Positions 48,501-61,857 of a stretch of 64,000 nucleotides of DNA are shown here, in pieces. The translations under genes were made by a program, and so were the position numbers. Origin of the DNA: Basidiobolus meristosporus CBS 931.73 (Eukaryota > Fungi > Basidiobolomycota); NCBI GenBank assembly GCA_002104905.1, contig MCFE01000185.1, forward strand, positions 62,001-126,000. The letters run 5' to 3'. Position 1 is the first letter of the stretch. The number at the start of each line of letters is the position of its first letter. Below the pieces are notes generated by a model that was given only the letters and a program-made list of their open reading frames with translations, was not told where the DNA came from and searched no databases.

Positions 48501-49801
48501 TGGAGGAGTCTTTGGTGGAGTGCGGCCGACCGGAACCTCGGCGTCACACACGCAATCGCCGAAGTGCTCGATCTCAATGGAATCCACGATCAATGGCTCG
48601 ATAGCGTCCTTGTAACGCTCAACCAAGTCATCATCCCCCAAGAATAAGCCGTCCAGGATCAGGTAAGTGAAGAACAGTGGCCACTCGCACTCGATATGTT
48701 CGAAGATCTCAAGCTCGTGCGCATTATAGTACAGGCGCGAAGTGTCCTCCAGGATGGACTGGTGACCATCACGCAGGAAGCGCTTGCAGCCGTATTTGCC
48801 TCCAAGCTTTGTGATGATCTCATTCCGGGTTTTCTCCACCAGGCTTGGATCAGCAACGGCGAAGGCAGGGAACCCAATGACCGACAGGATAGCGGCATCG
48901 ATTTCCTTGGAGTTCGACTCACGAGGGAGCGCGGAGTGAAGGGTATTGAAATTGCGAGTGAACTCATCGGGGAGAACGTGGATCACCGAGGAAGGGCCCC
49001 CCTTGGGCCCAAACAAGTTGACACCATTGATGGCCTGCAGAGCAGCAACGGCCATTCCAATGGAGGAGGAGTTCAGCTCGGCTTCACCGTGGTTGATTTT
49101 GTTTCCGCGCTCCCAGATACCGTAATCTGGGGTGCGGTAGGCGCGTTCGATGTAGAACACCAAGTTCTGCACGAAGTCCACCTCATCCTGTGTGTAGACG
49201 ATGCGGAGTCCGCTTGCTGTCATCTGGGCCAGGGTGAGCAAAAACAAGCTGGTGGCATCGATTTGCAGATGTCCCCACTCGGCATCCCCCACAACAACGT
49301 CACCTGTGTTTGTGTTGTACTTGGCGTGGAGTGCGTCCATGAGATTCTGCGTGTGCTTGAAAACCTCCACCTTCTGGGCCTGGCGCATCATTGAAAACAG
49401 GAGGCCACGCATAAGCTTTATCACGGAGTGCTCAAGCTCGTCTAGGATTGGGAAATCTGGTTAGAAACAACGCTGGAGAGAACAATTGGACGGGATCATA
49501 CAAGCACGGCCGTCGTCATCATCGATTTTGCGATATGCCAAGGCGAGACCATAAACGGCCATTATAGAATATACATTATCTCTGTTCAATAGAATCATCA
49601 GCATCAATCCCGAGACAACGGATGGCAAAGCAATGCAACTAACCTCACCCATGCGTCACGATAGTCGCCATGGGTAGTAACCGCCACCGAAGCAGGGATA
49701 AGGCCTGTGACAGGGTTTTGTCTGTTCAGAATGATGGCTTTAACAGCCCTATAGTAATAGTCTAATTTCTCCTGAATGCGACGAGTCTGGACACGAGACA
49801 T
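45534..49801 (-). CDS. Phosphorylase b kinase regulatory subunit alpha/beta homolog (GH15-like fold) with an inserted ILEI/PANDER domain
   Basis: Exons 49801-49644, 49581-49502, 49441-45534 (introns 62 and 60 nt); DAWVRDNVYS, WGHLQIDATSLFLL, RTPDYGIWERGNK, LPRESNSKEIDA, YGCKRFLRDGH, ECEWPLFF, TPxExNFAL. Confidence 0.92.
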
Positions 49802-51696
49802 CTTTGATGGGTTTCTCGGGTAGAGTTATGCAAGAGACAATGGGCAGAGGAACGTTCAGAGGTGTAGATGTGTGGAGCGGAATTAAGGGGCCGAGGAGAT
49901 TGGAATGTATCTGTCATGACGTTGAGCCATATGGTATTTATAGGCCAATTTTCAAGCCACAAGAATCCATGAGGGATTTGGCTACGTAATCTAGAAATCG
50001 AATCTGAGCTTGAGGAATTGATTACCTCCATTTCCAAATGCGGTGGAGTCTACTGGCACACTCTGGTAATTATTTCTGCTGCACCACCCTATTGACCAAG
50101 ATAATCCCCATCTTTTGAAAGGGTCAAATTCCCTATCGCTTGATCAGGGGATAGTTGATATCAATTTTGGACTTGGACGGCAGTTGGGAAAACAAGGGTC
50201 CAAAAAGGCTGGTCAGAACCATGGCAGAGTTTCGATCTAAAAATACTCACCACCCATGCGCCCGCCTCAAGGGCAGCCCCAGGACCACGCTTTCGAGCGC
50301 TGCGTGTGGCTTCTCGGGGTGATTTGCGGTTTGCGATTGCTTTGGGATAGTGTGTGGAGAAGAGAGGGGCTAAAGCTACCATCTCTGATAAACGATTTTG
50401 TGATACACCGACGCTGCAGTTTAGTGGATCGTCTAGTCATTGTAATACCTACCGGTGGTATTCAACCTTATCAACTCTTGGGTGGTGTCATTTTTCATCG
50501 GCTATATCATGAGTTGCTCGGGAGATATCCTTAGATATCCCTAGCATAGGGGATTCGAGCTATAGCGCGAAAGAAAGGTTAGGTAGAGTTGGCGGGGTTA
50601 CACCTGTGTCGTGGTGTAACCGCATACGTCATCCAGCCATTGTAGCTGTATTGCGTAAATCAATTGAAGTCCAGAGTTGACGCGGGCTTTCCAACAATCA
50701 TTCATTGACATTTGGGTATCTAGGATGTCATTGCGAATGATGATTTCAACCCAATGTACGACCAAGGAGGGCGATATCATGTCTATTGTGGCATCCACTT
50801 GGTATATGCTGGTGTTTTTGGGGGTGGATGGACTGGTTTGCCTGAACGGGCCTATCTTTTCCATAGCGCCTCGCTCATAGGTCTGATGTAGCTGCCAAAT
50901 GCCAGATATAGTAACTCAACCTTACTTGTAATATCCTTTAATAAGCTGCCCGAGCCAGAATTGCTAAATACCACGCTCGTGTTCTGGGATGCTGGATGCC
51001 TCGGAAGCGAGTTGAAGGCATATTATTGATGCGCTACTGCAAGGCTGGAGTCATGAAATGAATGTGTGCTGTGGATTGGGTTGTCAAAAATAGCAGCCAC
51101 GCTGAACACTATCATCGTACTTGCATCAAGCCATCCGAACGAGCACATTCCAGCATAAGGGGCCTCCCATTCCTACTTGGGATATTCCAGATTAAAGGAA
51201 ACATGGGATACTCATGCCTAATGTATTTTATTAGGCTTCATTGGCCACTGGCTACTCCAATCGATCCCATTTTTCGTTGGAATGGCATCAGAGATTTCCC
51301 TTTCGCCCATTGGCTTCTGCTGAGCATAAATGAATGATCTAAATCTCACTTGATTGATGAACATATGCCCTGGGACTTGAACATTCCGCCATTGCCATTG
51401 GCTCAATACCTCGGTAGCCAGCCGACTTTCATGCTGGCTGGTTATGTATTTGTTATCAACAAAGTTTTAACTTTCTGGATCGTAGATTGGTGAGTGGACG
51501 GATTTTATCTTCCACAATAAATTCATTCCGGTTTCTTACGACGTAAATGATGTTTTATTGGTATGATATATAATACGGGTTTGTATTTCACGATAAAATA
51601 AATGACTGTGTCAGGATGTAAGATACCCAAACTATTAACATGAAGACAAAAAATGTATGTATATATAACAAGTCCAAAATGAACTGTGTAAGAAAG

Positions 51697-54600
51697 TCAT
51701 GCAGTATAAGCTGCTGGCGGTTTCTCGTTGATTTCCTCCTCTTTGTCATCGTTTTCGTCCATAACAATCACCCGGCTTTTGAGGAAGGTGCGTTTGAGGA
51801 ACTTGTAAAACTCGGAAAACACTATGAAGATCACGACCGATACCGCAACGATTGACCACTCCCAGGTAAGTGCCTTGTGCCTAAAGATTTCGGTATTAAG
51901 GTACGGAATGTACAGGATAGGGAAGATCAGGATAACACCCAGAGTGAAGCTGCCGACTAGAGCCTTGTTCTCGAACAATCCTGGCAAACTCTTGGGAAGC
52001 CATTGGGGCTGGCGTAAGCTCCGGCAATTATACGCATGGATTAGGAAGAGCAATGTCAATGTTGTGAAAATGGTACCGCGAGCCCTGAATACCGCATCGC
52101 AGCTATCGGAGTAGGTGCGGCTACACTCAGTTCCTAGTGATCCGTCACCGAAGGCATATACCACTAGAACGAAATCTGCCAGAGCAATAAGTCCCATGAC
52201 TGTGCCATAGAGAATAATGTCAGCGATAGCCTCATGCGTAAATAAGCCTCCTTTAGCCTGTCTTGGTGGAACGCGCATGGTCAAGGGGTTGGCAGGTTCA
52301 AGGCCTAGAGACATAGCAGGGGGAGAGCTCGTGACCATATTCAAAAAGAGAATCTGAACGGGGGACATCGGGTTGACAGACTTTCCATCAACATCGATAA
52401 AAGCAAGGCCAATGATCAATGCGATAATCTCAGAGACGTTGGTGGACATGAGATGTAGGACGAACTTCTGAATATTGGTGAAAATGCGACGACCCTCTGC
52501 TACAGCACGGACGATGGTTGAGAAGTTATCGTCAGTAAGTACGATGTCGGAGGCATTCTTGGCAACATCAGAACCACCCATTCCCATGGCAATACCAATA
52601 TTGGCAATTTTCAAACTAGGAGAATCATTTACGCCATCTCCGGTCATTGCTGCAACTTTTTTACGTCGGTGGAGTGCCTCGATCATCTTCACTTTGGTGT
52701 CAGGGCTACAGCGAGCAATCACATGTGGCAGCTGAGGGAGATTGTCCACTTCCTCATTAGTAAGAGAGTCAAATTCGGTAGCAGTCATGACCAGTTTTGC
52801 GCTTTCCTTGCTAGCTTGATAATCTGCAGGGAGAATAGCAACTTCTCTGGCGATGGCTGTAGCGGTAGCAGGATGATCTCCGGTTAACATATGTACCCGA
52901 ATACCGGCTTTGTAGCACTCGCGCACTGCGTCTTTAGACTCTGCGCGAGGTGGGTCGTAAATCCCAACCAGTCCTAAGAATACCATGTTTTTGTCAACTT
53001 GGTCACGCTCCCAGTAGTCAGGGTGTGTTTCAGAAAGCTGGGGCTCGATGTAGCGATATGCAAGGGAGAGTACGCGGAGCCCATTCGAGGCAAGTGTGTC
53101 AACTTTGCTTCCGACCATCTGCAACAGCTCTTCTTTTTTCTCGATCATTACCTCCTTATCACCGACTCGGACACGGGTGCAGCAGTCGATTACCCGCTCT
53201 GTAGCACCTTTCAAAAAGGCAATGTGCTTTCCAGAATTAGCTTCGGTATAGACTACGCTCATACGTTTGACAGTCGATTCAAAGGCAAATTCAGCGTGAA
53301 TATCGAATAAAGCTCGTTGACCATCAACCTCCTTGGTGAGGGCAGGTTTACCGCTACCAAGTTTAGTGGCAAATACTTGCAAGGCAGTTTCTGTAGGGTC
53401 TCCAATCCCGATCCATTGGTTGCTTTTCTTGTCTTGCTTAATGACGGCCATATTGCACAAGGCGGAGACTTGGATCATTCGTCGCATCGTAGTACTCATG
53501 TTATCTTTAGAGATCTTCCGGGCGTTAGGACCAGGGCCAGACATGGAAACCTCAGCAAGCTCATCTTGGGTGAGCTCGCCCAACTGGAATATTTCACCTT
53601 CGGGATTAAATCCTTTTCCGCTAATCTCGTAATATCCATCACCAGGCAGATAAGCTTTTGTCAAGACCATCTTGGACTGCGTCAAAGTTCCTGTTTTGTC
53701 GGAACAGATATTGGTGACCGAGCCTAGAGCTTCTAAAGCGCTGAGCTGCCGGACAATCGCCTTATTCGTGGCCATGGTTCGGACACCAGCCGCCATAGTT
53801 AGTGTGACTACCGCAATAAGCCCTTCAGGAATCACAGCAATACCCACGGAAATCGCATAGATTGCAACATCCCCAGAGATCTTGAATTTGTTTACACCAA
53901 ATACGATCAGAGCTAACAGTATCGCCAATCCAAACAATACAAGGGCCATTTTGTCAAGGGACCGTTGCAAAGCAGTTTTCCCGGAGCTTCCACTCTCAAG
54001 AAGCCTTTTTGCGATTTTACCAATTTCGCTCTCCATTCCGGTTGCAGTGACAATGCCTTTTCCACGGCCTTTGGTAACAGTGGTACTGGCATACACCATG
54101 TTTCTGCGATCGCCTATAGGCTCCTCAGGGTCTTGTACAAGCTCCAGTGTCTTCGGAACTGGGACAGACTCTCCAGTTAGCAAAGCTTCATCCACTTCCA
54201 AATTGAAGCTCTCAAATAAACGGCAATCAGCACCAATCACATCGCCGTTTTCAAAAAGTAGAATATCACCCTAATCACGGGTAAGAGTTCTGATTAGTCA
54301 AGCTCATCCAAACATGAGGGCGTGACTGGTTTTAGGCTTACCGGAACAACCTCAGTGGTTGATACATGGATTTGGTGACCGTCACGGACAACGTGGGAAG
54401 TGGGTGAGGCCATCTTTCGTAGGGAATCCATGGTTTTTTCCGCGCGATATTCTTGAAAGAAACCGATGGTGGTATTAAGGACGATCACAAAGGCAACGAC
54501 AGCCCCTTCCACCCAGTCTTTGACCGAGAATGCAACGCCCTACAGGTGGCATTGTTACTAAAGTCACGAAGAGAATTTTCAAACTGTAAGTCACCTTACC

Positions 54601-54839
54601 ATTGCAATGATTAGAATTACTGTCAAGTAATTGGCAAGTTGCCGCAGTAAGACCTTCCAAGGATTCACACCACCATCCCCATTCATTTGATTAGGGCCAT
54701 ATTTCTCGGTACGAGAAACCACTTCTTGCGGCGTCAGTCCGTCTTCAATGCAGGTATTTAGTACCTCAACGACCTTTCGAACATCGTATGTATGGTATGG
54801 CGCTGCAGGAGAATTGGCTGTTGCGTCAGGTCTGGCCAT
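51697..54839 (-). CDS. ENA1: ENA-type (P2D) Na+/K+ efflux P-type ATPase, ~1000 aa
   Basis: Introns 54540-54599 and 54271-54341; TGES, CSDKTGTLT, GDPTE, KGA, MIEALHRR, TGDGVNDSPSLK, QILFLNMVTSSPPAM. Confidence 0.92.
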
Positions 54840-57237
54840 ATGGTATGCAAGATTTACACGGCTACTAGAGTAGGAATACTATGTATGTAATAAAGTCAGA
54901 GTAAACAAGCTTCAATCAGAAGCTATTCCAATCAATAAAAGCTAGAACAAAGTTCAAAGTATGGAGATTAGGTTCTACATCAGTCTCTTTTTATATCTCC
55001 CGTTAGCAGACAGTTCTGGTGTGTAGCTGCAGCAGTGTTTCTATTGATGAACAATCCCTCCTAAAATGGAAGGCTGGAGAAAATGCTGATGGGTGATGAT
55101 CACACTCTCATTCGTGATTTTCTTATTCCGGATCAAGAAACACATTTATTTTAAAATTTAGTAGACCAGATTGTATATTGAAACCGCTTTATAAATAATA
55201 TAAGCACCTCATCACCGCTTGGGATCCATTTATTAGTAAGAAAGTAGTGTTCCCAATTTAATTTCCAGGAATGGATACACAACACCCGGATCATATGATT
55301 TGTCATCGAGCCTCACTGTCCAGATCTCAACATACTGCTGATATGAAATATGCAGATACTCAAACGATGGTCTCACTTATCCGAAGCTCCGCCAAAGCTT
55401 AATTTCACGGAAGCTAAAATAAGTGTGCCAGACCGAATCAGTCCACGAATATTATTTATCTTGGTCGATTGCTTCAGCAGGGCTTCTCCGTAATCCTCCA
55501 ATGTCCCAAATGGCGATGGATAGAGCAGACTACAGTCAGTGCAGGAGCTCCAGGTCGCTGTTCGTCGGGAAGTTCGGCGCTAGTTTCTGATTCCAACTGT
55601 GGGAAACGGTGATACATGATGAGTCCATCCCCCAAGCCTCCAAAACAGAGGGATTCTAGCACTCATGCAGGAGAAGCCTGACATGCTCAACTGATCGTCA
55701 CTTGCTATCAGACAGCTCTTAGCACAGACCCCATTGGTTATTCTTTGCTACATGTCCAATTGATATCCACGTCTATATTTTGGTTTCATACTAGCTCTAA
55801 TGGAGGATCATGAATGTTATGTGTTCAAAGATTGTGGAAGGCATGTGACATTCCATTCCAGAATTTCTAATTTTACTTTGTAATTCGTTACAACTCGTTT
55901 GCTAACAGAAGCATTCTCTAACTGTACCATTAGTCTATATTTAGCGATTCAGTGTCGGGTCCTGAGACATCGGTCGTTCGAGAATGGATCCCCCTGGTGA
56001 TACAAGATGAATTGATTCCGATATTACCATCATCCAGATAGGGTAGCCTAATGATTGTTCAGGCATTGCTGAAAGGGGACCTTATTGGCTTATTCTGGAG
56101 TTACCTTCAATGCCTGTCTCAACACCGCACCGTATAGCACAAACGCAGATAACGGGTGTCGAATGATCTCTTGTACCACGCAAACAACTCGTCACGAATT
56201 TAATGTTTTAGGTATTACAAGATGGATCTTCTATAGCTGCTTAGTTGGATCCATACCCCAACGAGTACTAGAGCGCGAAAAAAAGCAATAGACTTCGGAG
56301 CGCGGTAGCTATTGCTGCATTGTGCACCCTCTGTCTAGCGCCCGAGAATGATTGTCATAGTATGACTAGTGCTCTTATACATGGCGCCAGTGGCTCCTAT
56401 CTGGCAATTTGTGTGGATTACGTCTTCTTAATCAATACTGGAACTATGATTGTAGAATTGATCCTACTTGATGGGTGTCAGCAGATCCAATAGGCATTAA
56501 GGCGGTTATTGAATAGAGTAGCATCATTGGAACATTCTGTCTCTTGATAAAGTCGTATGAGATATAACCAATCAACTTGTTCTTCAATGGTGGAATCAAG
56601 CTAGCTCCATAATAGATCGGATTTTGAAACCAGCCCAAGCTAAAGCTGAGGGAAACTTACGTTAGATTCCGGATACTTCAACAGGATTTCTGCAAGCACC
56701 AGTCGAGAAGATTCACCGTCTTGGAAATCTCAGGCCATCCCAATATGGCTCTGCACCACTGGAGAAATGCCCCTTCGAAAGTGGGAAACATGTATGGCTA
56801 TGCATTATGAAGGCCGGTATTGGGAATATCAACCCGATGGAGGCAATATCAAGTCAGTACTCGCCAGACCTGTGCTTGGTGGCTTTCGGATATACAGGTA
56901 TTCATGATACGAGGTGGTCAGAATGTTCGTGATTTCCACGAGCTCCCTGAGATCCACATTAGATGGTCTGTATGTTTGTCTGCCGTAGCAAATACGAAGC
57001 CATATCCATCAAACTGCAACGCTTCCATCTCATAGCACAATCGTTCAGTCTCGCTTCGCTTCCCATTACCATCCCAACAGACCTTTCATCTGGATCTATC
57101 TACCAAGACCTAAATCGGTCTATGTTGCCATGAATATCGGGTGATTTTGAAGATCACCAGCAGCGCAGCACTGTTTCACTAGCCTTAGTATCCAAAGTAC
57201 ATCAATGCCATAAGATCCGTTTATTTGCTGAAAAGTG

Positions 57238-58360
57238 CTAATCCAGTTTTTCTAATTCATCAATCAATTCTTGAACATCGAAGGATGATGGATCATGGTG
57301 GAACTTTTCCACCAGCTTCTTCTTGCGTTCAGATCCGGTTACATAGAACTGTTGCAACGCATATACCAAGAATTGCGCGTCCTGTGGCGATAGAATTCTG
57401 GGCTTGTCAGCGATTTCGCCGTGCATCAACACTATGTTCTTGGAATCCTTGAGGTCAGTGTAGTGGGTGAGGGTCAGATAGGGACGTGCATTTTCCCCAT
57501 GGGTTTTGTATTCGAGCAAGGAGGTGAAATAGCACTGATGGAAGGCGAATTGCAGTAGATACATTTCTGCTCCTTCTTGGCGTGGGACTGGCAACACAAA
57601 CTACAGAAAAAGGCAAAGTTAGTGTTGTCAAAATAACCCAGGATAAATGGGCCGCCCGTACCAATGGGTATTTCTTGGAACGCTCGAAAAGCTTCCCGTA
57701 TGTTTCAGCGGGAATGACGGCCGATAGGCAGTCTTTGTTAGCGTGGTACTCGGTCCAAATTTTACCAATCGTTTCGGCGTCTTCGGCAAGAACTTTATCA
57801 AGCTTCAATATTTTGTCAAGAGGCTGGTATCGATGGGAAGCCAGTATTAGTAATGAAGCGGCTCGAGTCGAGGAAGGGGGTTTTCTCGACTCACCTTCAC
57901 GTTAGAGGGGAGACCGTTACTTGTATACTCTACGGATGAAGCGGAAGGGATTTTTCGGGCATCAGTCGAAGACTTGTCATTCACAGCATTTGTAGCAGTA
58001 TCGGTGGTGGCTCTAGTGGTTGGGTATGTGTATGAAACCTTTACTGGCTTCAACACTTTGTCTTTAAGTTCTTGAACAGTCTTGACACCTTCTCTAGAAA
58101 TTTTGTAAACCTGGGTTGGATTGACTATATTAAACAAGGAGTAGCTTTCTCATCACTTACGATTCAGCTTTGCGCTTTAACTTGTCAGCATACTTCTGTT
58201 CATAGAAAACTTGGGGATCAACGCTAGAATGTTCCCGACGTAGAATGGAGCGTGGGAAAAGCACAGAAGAAACTGAAGCAGGTCTAGTGCTAGCCTTCGG
58301 TATGGGAAACCTTGCTTTACCGGGGGTAACACGTCGAATAACTGAAGCCCAAGCGTTCAT
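57238..58360 (-). CDS. ATP11: Mitochondrial F1-ATPase assembly factor 1
   Basis: Four exons (introns 58094-58160, 57824-57894, 57601-57661); presequence-like N-terminus; IWTEYH, YPLFVLPVPR, FTSLLEYK.HGENA.PYLTLTHY, AQFL..LQQFY. Confidence 0.92.
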
Positions 58361-59339
58361 GCTGAAGGTTAACTTGTCAAGTACAAACTGTTGAGTCTGA
58401 GCGCAATTCCTCTACAAAAATTTCGAATTTTGCCCTTCCCCACTTCTCAGCAAAATGCACGATCACTCCATGGCCATATACCGAATGCGGATTTCCCAAG
58501 GCGATCAACAATCGGAGCGTAAGTGATTAATTTCCAATTAATCGCATGTGAGATCTGGAGCTGACTGTTGAAACATATGTATCGTCCAATGATCTCATCC
58601 ATTGCTTAATGGTGATTCTCATTAACTAGTATGACCGGCTTTAATGGCGGTGTATTCTATGTTGTGAATATTCAAAGTTGAATATTTGAAAACCAGGTTG
58701 GAAACAACAAAATCTTTGCACTTCCCACGGTATTGATGCGTCACGCTCATTATAGTCAACATTTACCGTACTCCACCCGTACACTTGGGCCTGCAGATTT
58801 TTCGAAGGAGTTTATGCAGTCTTGAGTACACCTTTAGTACGATTAGGTACTAGCAGAGTTCCCGAAAGCTCGGAATCCACCTTAGCAGAAAGCATCCCGT
58901 AGCCAAGCCTGGTAATAATACATCAGACATCGATTCCCTTTTTGCTATTCAACGCAAAGAGATCGAGCGACTAGCTACAAAAGCCCTTTCAAAAACATCC
59001 CTGCTACCCAGTGCTAATATTGGTAATTGGTATAAGGAAAACCCCAACTCAAGAGTTGACTAGATGCTATTGAAAATGGGTGGTTATTTCATAGTAAAAC
59101 GTACACCTTCTGACGCTATGAGAATGAAGCAATAGACTACATCTATCCCGTGGGATGACGACTGTGACTAAATAATGGCGAACTTTCAATGCCAATAAAC
59201 CCCGGAACTTCGGATGTTTCCGGGCTATGGATTAGAGTATTCGTGCTACATCAATGCCAATTTTAAGGCTTAAGTAGGAAGCGCTGCTGGTGCTGAAAAC
59301 ATCTGAGCACTTTCCATTTCCACATCAACTATTCAGAGG

Positions 59340-59600
59340 TAAGTTCGTTCTTGGGTGGCACTCATACTTACCACAATACCTAGCGTTCCAATCACACCAG
59401 GGCTTACCATTAGTGTTGGTAAGGGCGCACTTGAAATCACAGTACTACATCCGCAGGGGTATTCAGGCGCCTACTGGGTCCGAATGTTTCATCACTACAT
59501 GGAGAATCCCACACTGGGGCATGTTCACGCTTTCAAATCCTGTTACAAAGCACCCAGCATTCCAAGAAGACAATGATCGACTCACCGGACTGCTCGGTGG
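59340..59600 (+). pseudogene. Possible decayed cytochrome P450 fragment
   Basis: Stop-interrupted frame GVFRRLLGPNVSSLHGESH..R resembles a P450 B'-C helix region; short intron-like GTAAG..TAG upstream. Weak. Confidence 0.2.
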
Positions 59601-60047
59601 AATACTGACAACACACCAGTAGCTTACCCCTTCAAATCTACTGATCTCGTTGATGAAGCCTAACTTCGGTGCCGTTCTCGCCGATTAGCCAGAGATTTCT
59701 TTGATTCAATCATGCAGCTATTTCGAGCTATCGGCATTGCTGCCTGAAGATTCGGTTTACGCCATCAAGAGCCCAAGGATTCGGCCCTTGGTAATATAAT
59801 TACTGAATATGAGCCATTTAAATAACACCGAGACCATGTCTTGGTTTAGCGCTTAATCGAACCCCCGTCCGCAATGCACATGGAGATTTCAGGGCTGACT
59901 ATGCGAAAATGTCAGGTAAGTGACTACTTTGATCATCAGCGCCCGTGTTTTGCCGCATCCACGAGTCCTTCGCGTGACACAAATCAACATACATATATAT
60001 ATCCCGGGGAATTCTATCGAGCCCCTCAAGTAACCCTCCAGCAAATC

Positions 60048-61857
60048 ATGAACCATTCCAATACAGAAATCTTAATCGTCGGCGGCGGCCCAGTTGGCTT
60101 ATCCTGTGCGATCTCTTTTGCTAAAGCAGGATTTGGCGTCAGAATTATTGGTAATACTCCCGATCAATCTCTTTTGCTTGTTCATCGTACTTATGACTGG
60201 GCTAAATTCTAGAGAAGCATCCCGAGCGCTCGAAGGAATCAAGGGCCTTAGGAATCCATGCCCGAACAATGGAGATCTTCCATAACCTGGATGTTGCCGG
60301 CGTGTTTCTCCAGAACGCTTTCGCAGTCGATGGATTCAATGTTTACAACCGAGGGGTTTGCATCTCGCACTTTACCCTGGGCCATCTGGATACTCAGTTT
60401 GCCTCGGTTTATAGCATTCCCCAGGCGAAAACTGAGATGTTTCTACACGAGCATCTGACCAAGACTTTCGGAGTAACCATCGAGCGAAACACCGAGTTGT
60501 TAGCCTTCGAAAACCTCGAAGACAAGGTTGTGGCTAGAGTCAAGAAGTCAATCGACGGAAATGAAAGCGAAGAGATCATTGAAGCCAAGTATTTGATTGG
60601 GTGTGACGGCGCCCACAGCTCTGTGAGAAAGAAGCTTGGCCTACAATTTGAAGGCATCTCCATGCAGAACAAATGGCATTTTATGGATGCTGTGATAGAG
60701 ACCGACCTCCCATCTTGCAATGGCATGAAGTACATATCCGATAAATTCTATTCCCTGCTGTTCTGTTTTAACCACAAACTCTTAGTACTTTCTTGGAAGA
60801 CAAAGGTGCCCTACTCCTAATCCCCATGGGTGACGACGTCTACCGTATCTTGCTAGACACCGGCTCGGATGATATGCTTGCCGAGTTTAGCGAAGAGGCA
60901 TACATAAGAAGGGCCAAGAGTCTGGTGTCCCCCTACAGGCTAGATATAAAGAGTGTGCAGTGGTTCACCACCTTCCAGGTGAATGAACGGAAGGTCAAGG
61001 AGTTCAGTAAAGGAAGGGTCTTCATTTGTGGGGATGCTGCCCACATCCATAGCCCTGCCGGAGGTCAGGGGATGAACACTGGAATCCAAGATGCGTACAA
61101 TCTGGCTTGGAAGCTCTCAATGGTTGAAAACCACAAGGGAAACAGAAATAGTCTGGTTTCTAGCTACACAATGGAGAGAGAGCCCATCGCAGCGAGTGTG
61201 CTTGAAATGAGTGGAGCACTGTTCCGTGCGTTTTCAACCAATAATTCCTTGTTGCTGTACATTCGCAGCCGTATTGTGTCTGCCGTAAACTCCATTCCAT
61301 ATGTTAGGAACATGATGGGTCTAAGGGTTTCTGGACTGGCGATTGAATATCCTCAGGGACCGCTCACTGTGCCGCATACTGGCTGGGTTGCACAGGGACC
61401 CACCAGTGTCAGGGCTGGTCGTCGTGTTCCTGATATTGTTTTCCAAAACTCGACGATAAAAAGGCTCCATGATATCTTTGCTGACTTCAATGGCTTCCGT
61501 ATTGTCTTGTGGTTGCCCTCAGGAAGCGCTGCGAACAGCTCACAATACCTGGAAACGCTTAAAACAAAAGTGACGGGGCTTCACAGTAGATACGATGGCA
61601 ATGGCTCATTCTTGAAGCCTCTTATTATTACTGATGACACCAGCAAGGTTAATACGACCAACATCCCGAGCCTAGATGGTGTCTTTGGTTCCAGCAGTAT
61701 ATTTGCGGTGAGCTTTGATGATGTCCAAGCCAGATTTGGATTTACCCAAAATGAGCCGGTTGCCCTGGCTGTACGTCCTGATGGCTATCTTGGGATCGCC
61801 ATGTACCTCCAAGATATTGGTCATATTGATGACTATTTCCAACGATTCATGAACTAG
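60048..61857 (+). CDS. FAD-dependent aromatic monooxygenase (FAD_binding_3, PheA/TfdB-like)
   Basis: Introns 60151-60212 and 60730-60785; GGGPVGL, ESRALGIHARTMEIF, GCDGAHS.VRK, GDAAHIHSPAGGQGMNTGIQDAYNLAWKL, VRPDGY. Confidence 0.93.

Noticed and set aside
45540-49394. Many long plus-strand ORFs over the PhK gene (also over the cyclin and ENA1)
   Set aside because: Antisense shadows of codon-biased genes; no recognisable motifs.
49900-51600. Short ORFs between the PhK gene and ENA1
   Set aside because: No motifs, multiple stops; treated as intergenic.
56400-57000. GH1- or P450-like peptides (GWFQNPIY; ILLKYPE) on the minus strand
   Set aside because: Isolated short motifs in inconsistent frames and order; no coherent gene.
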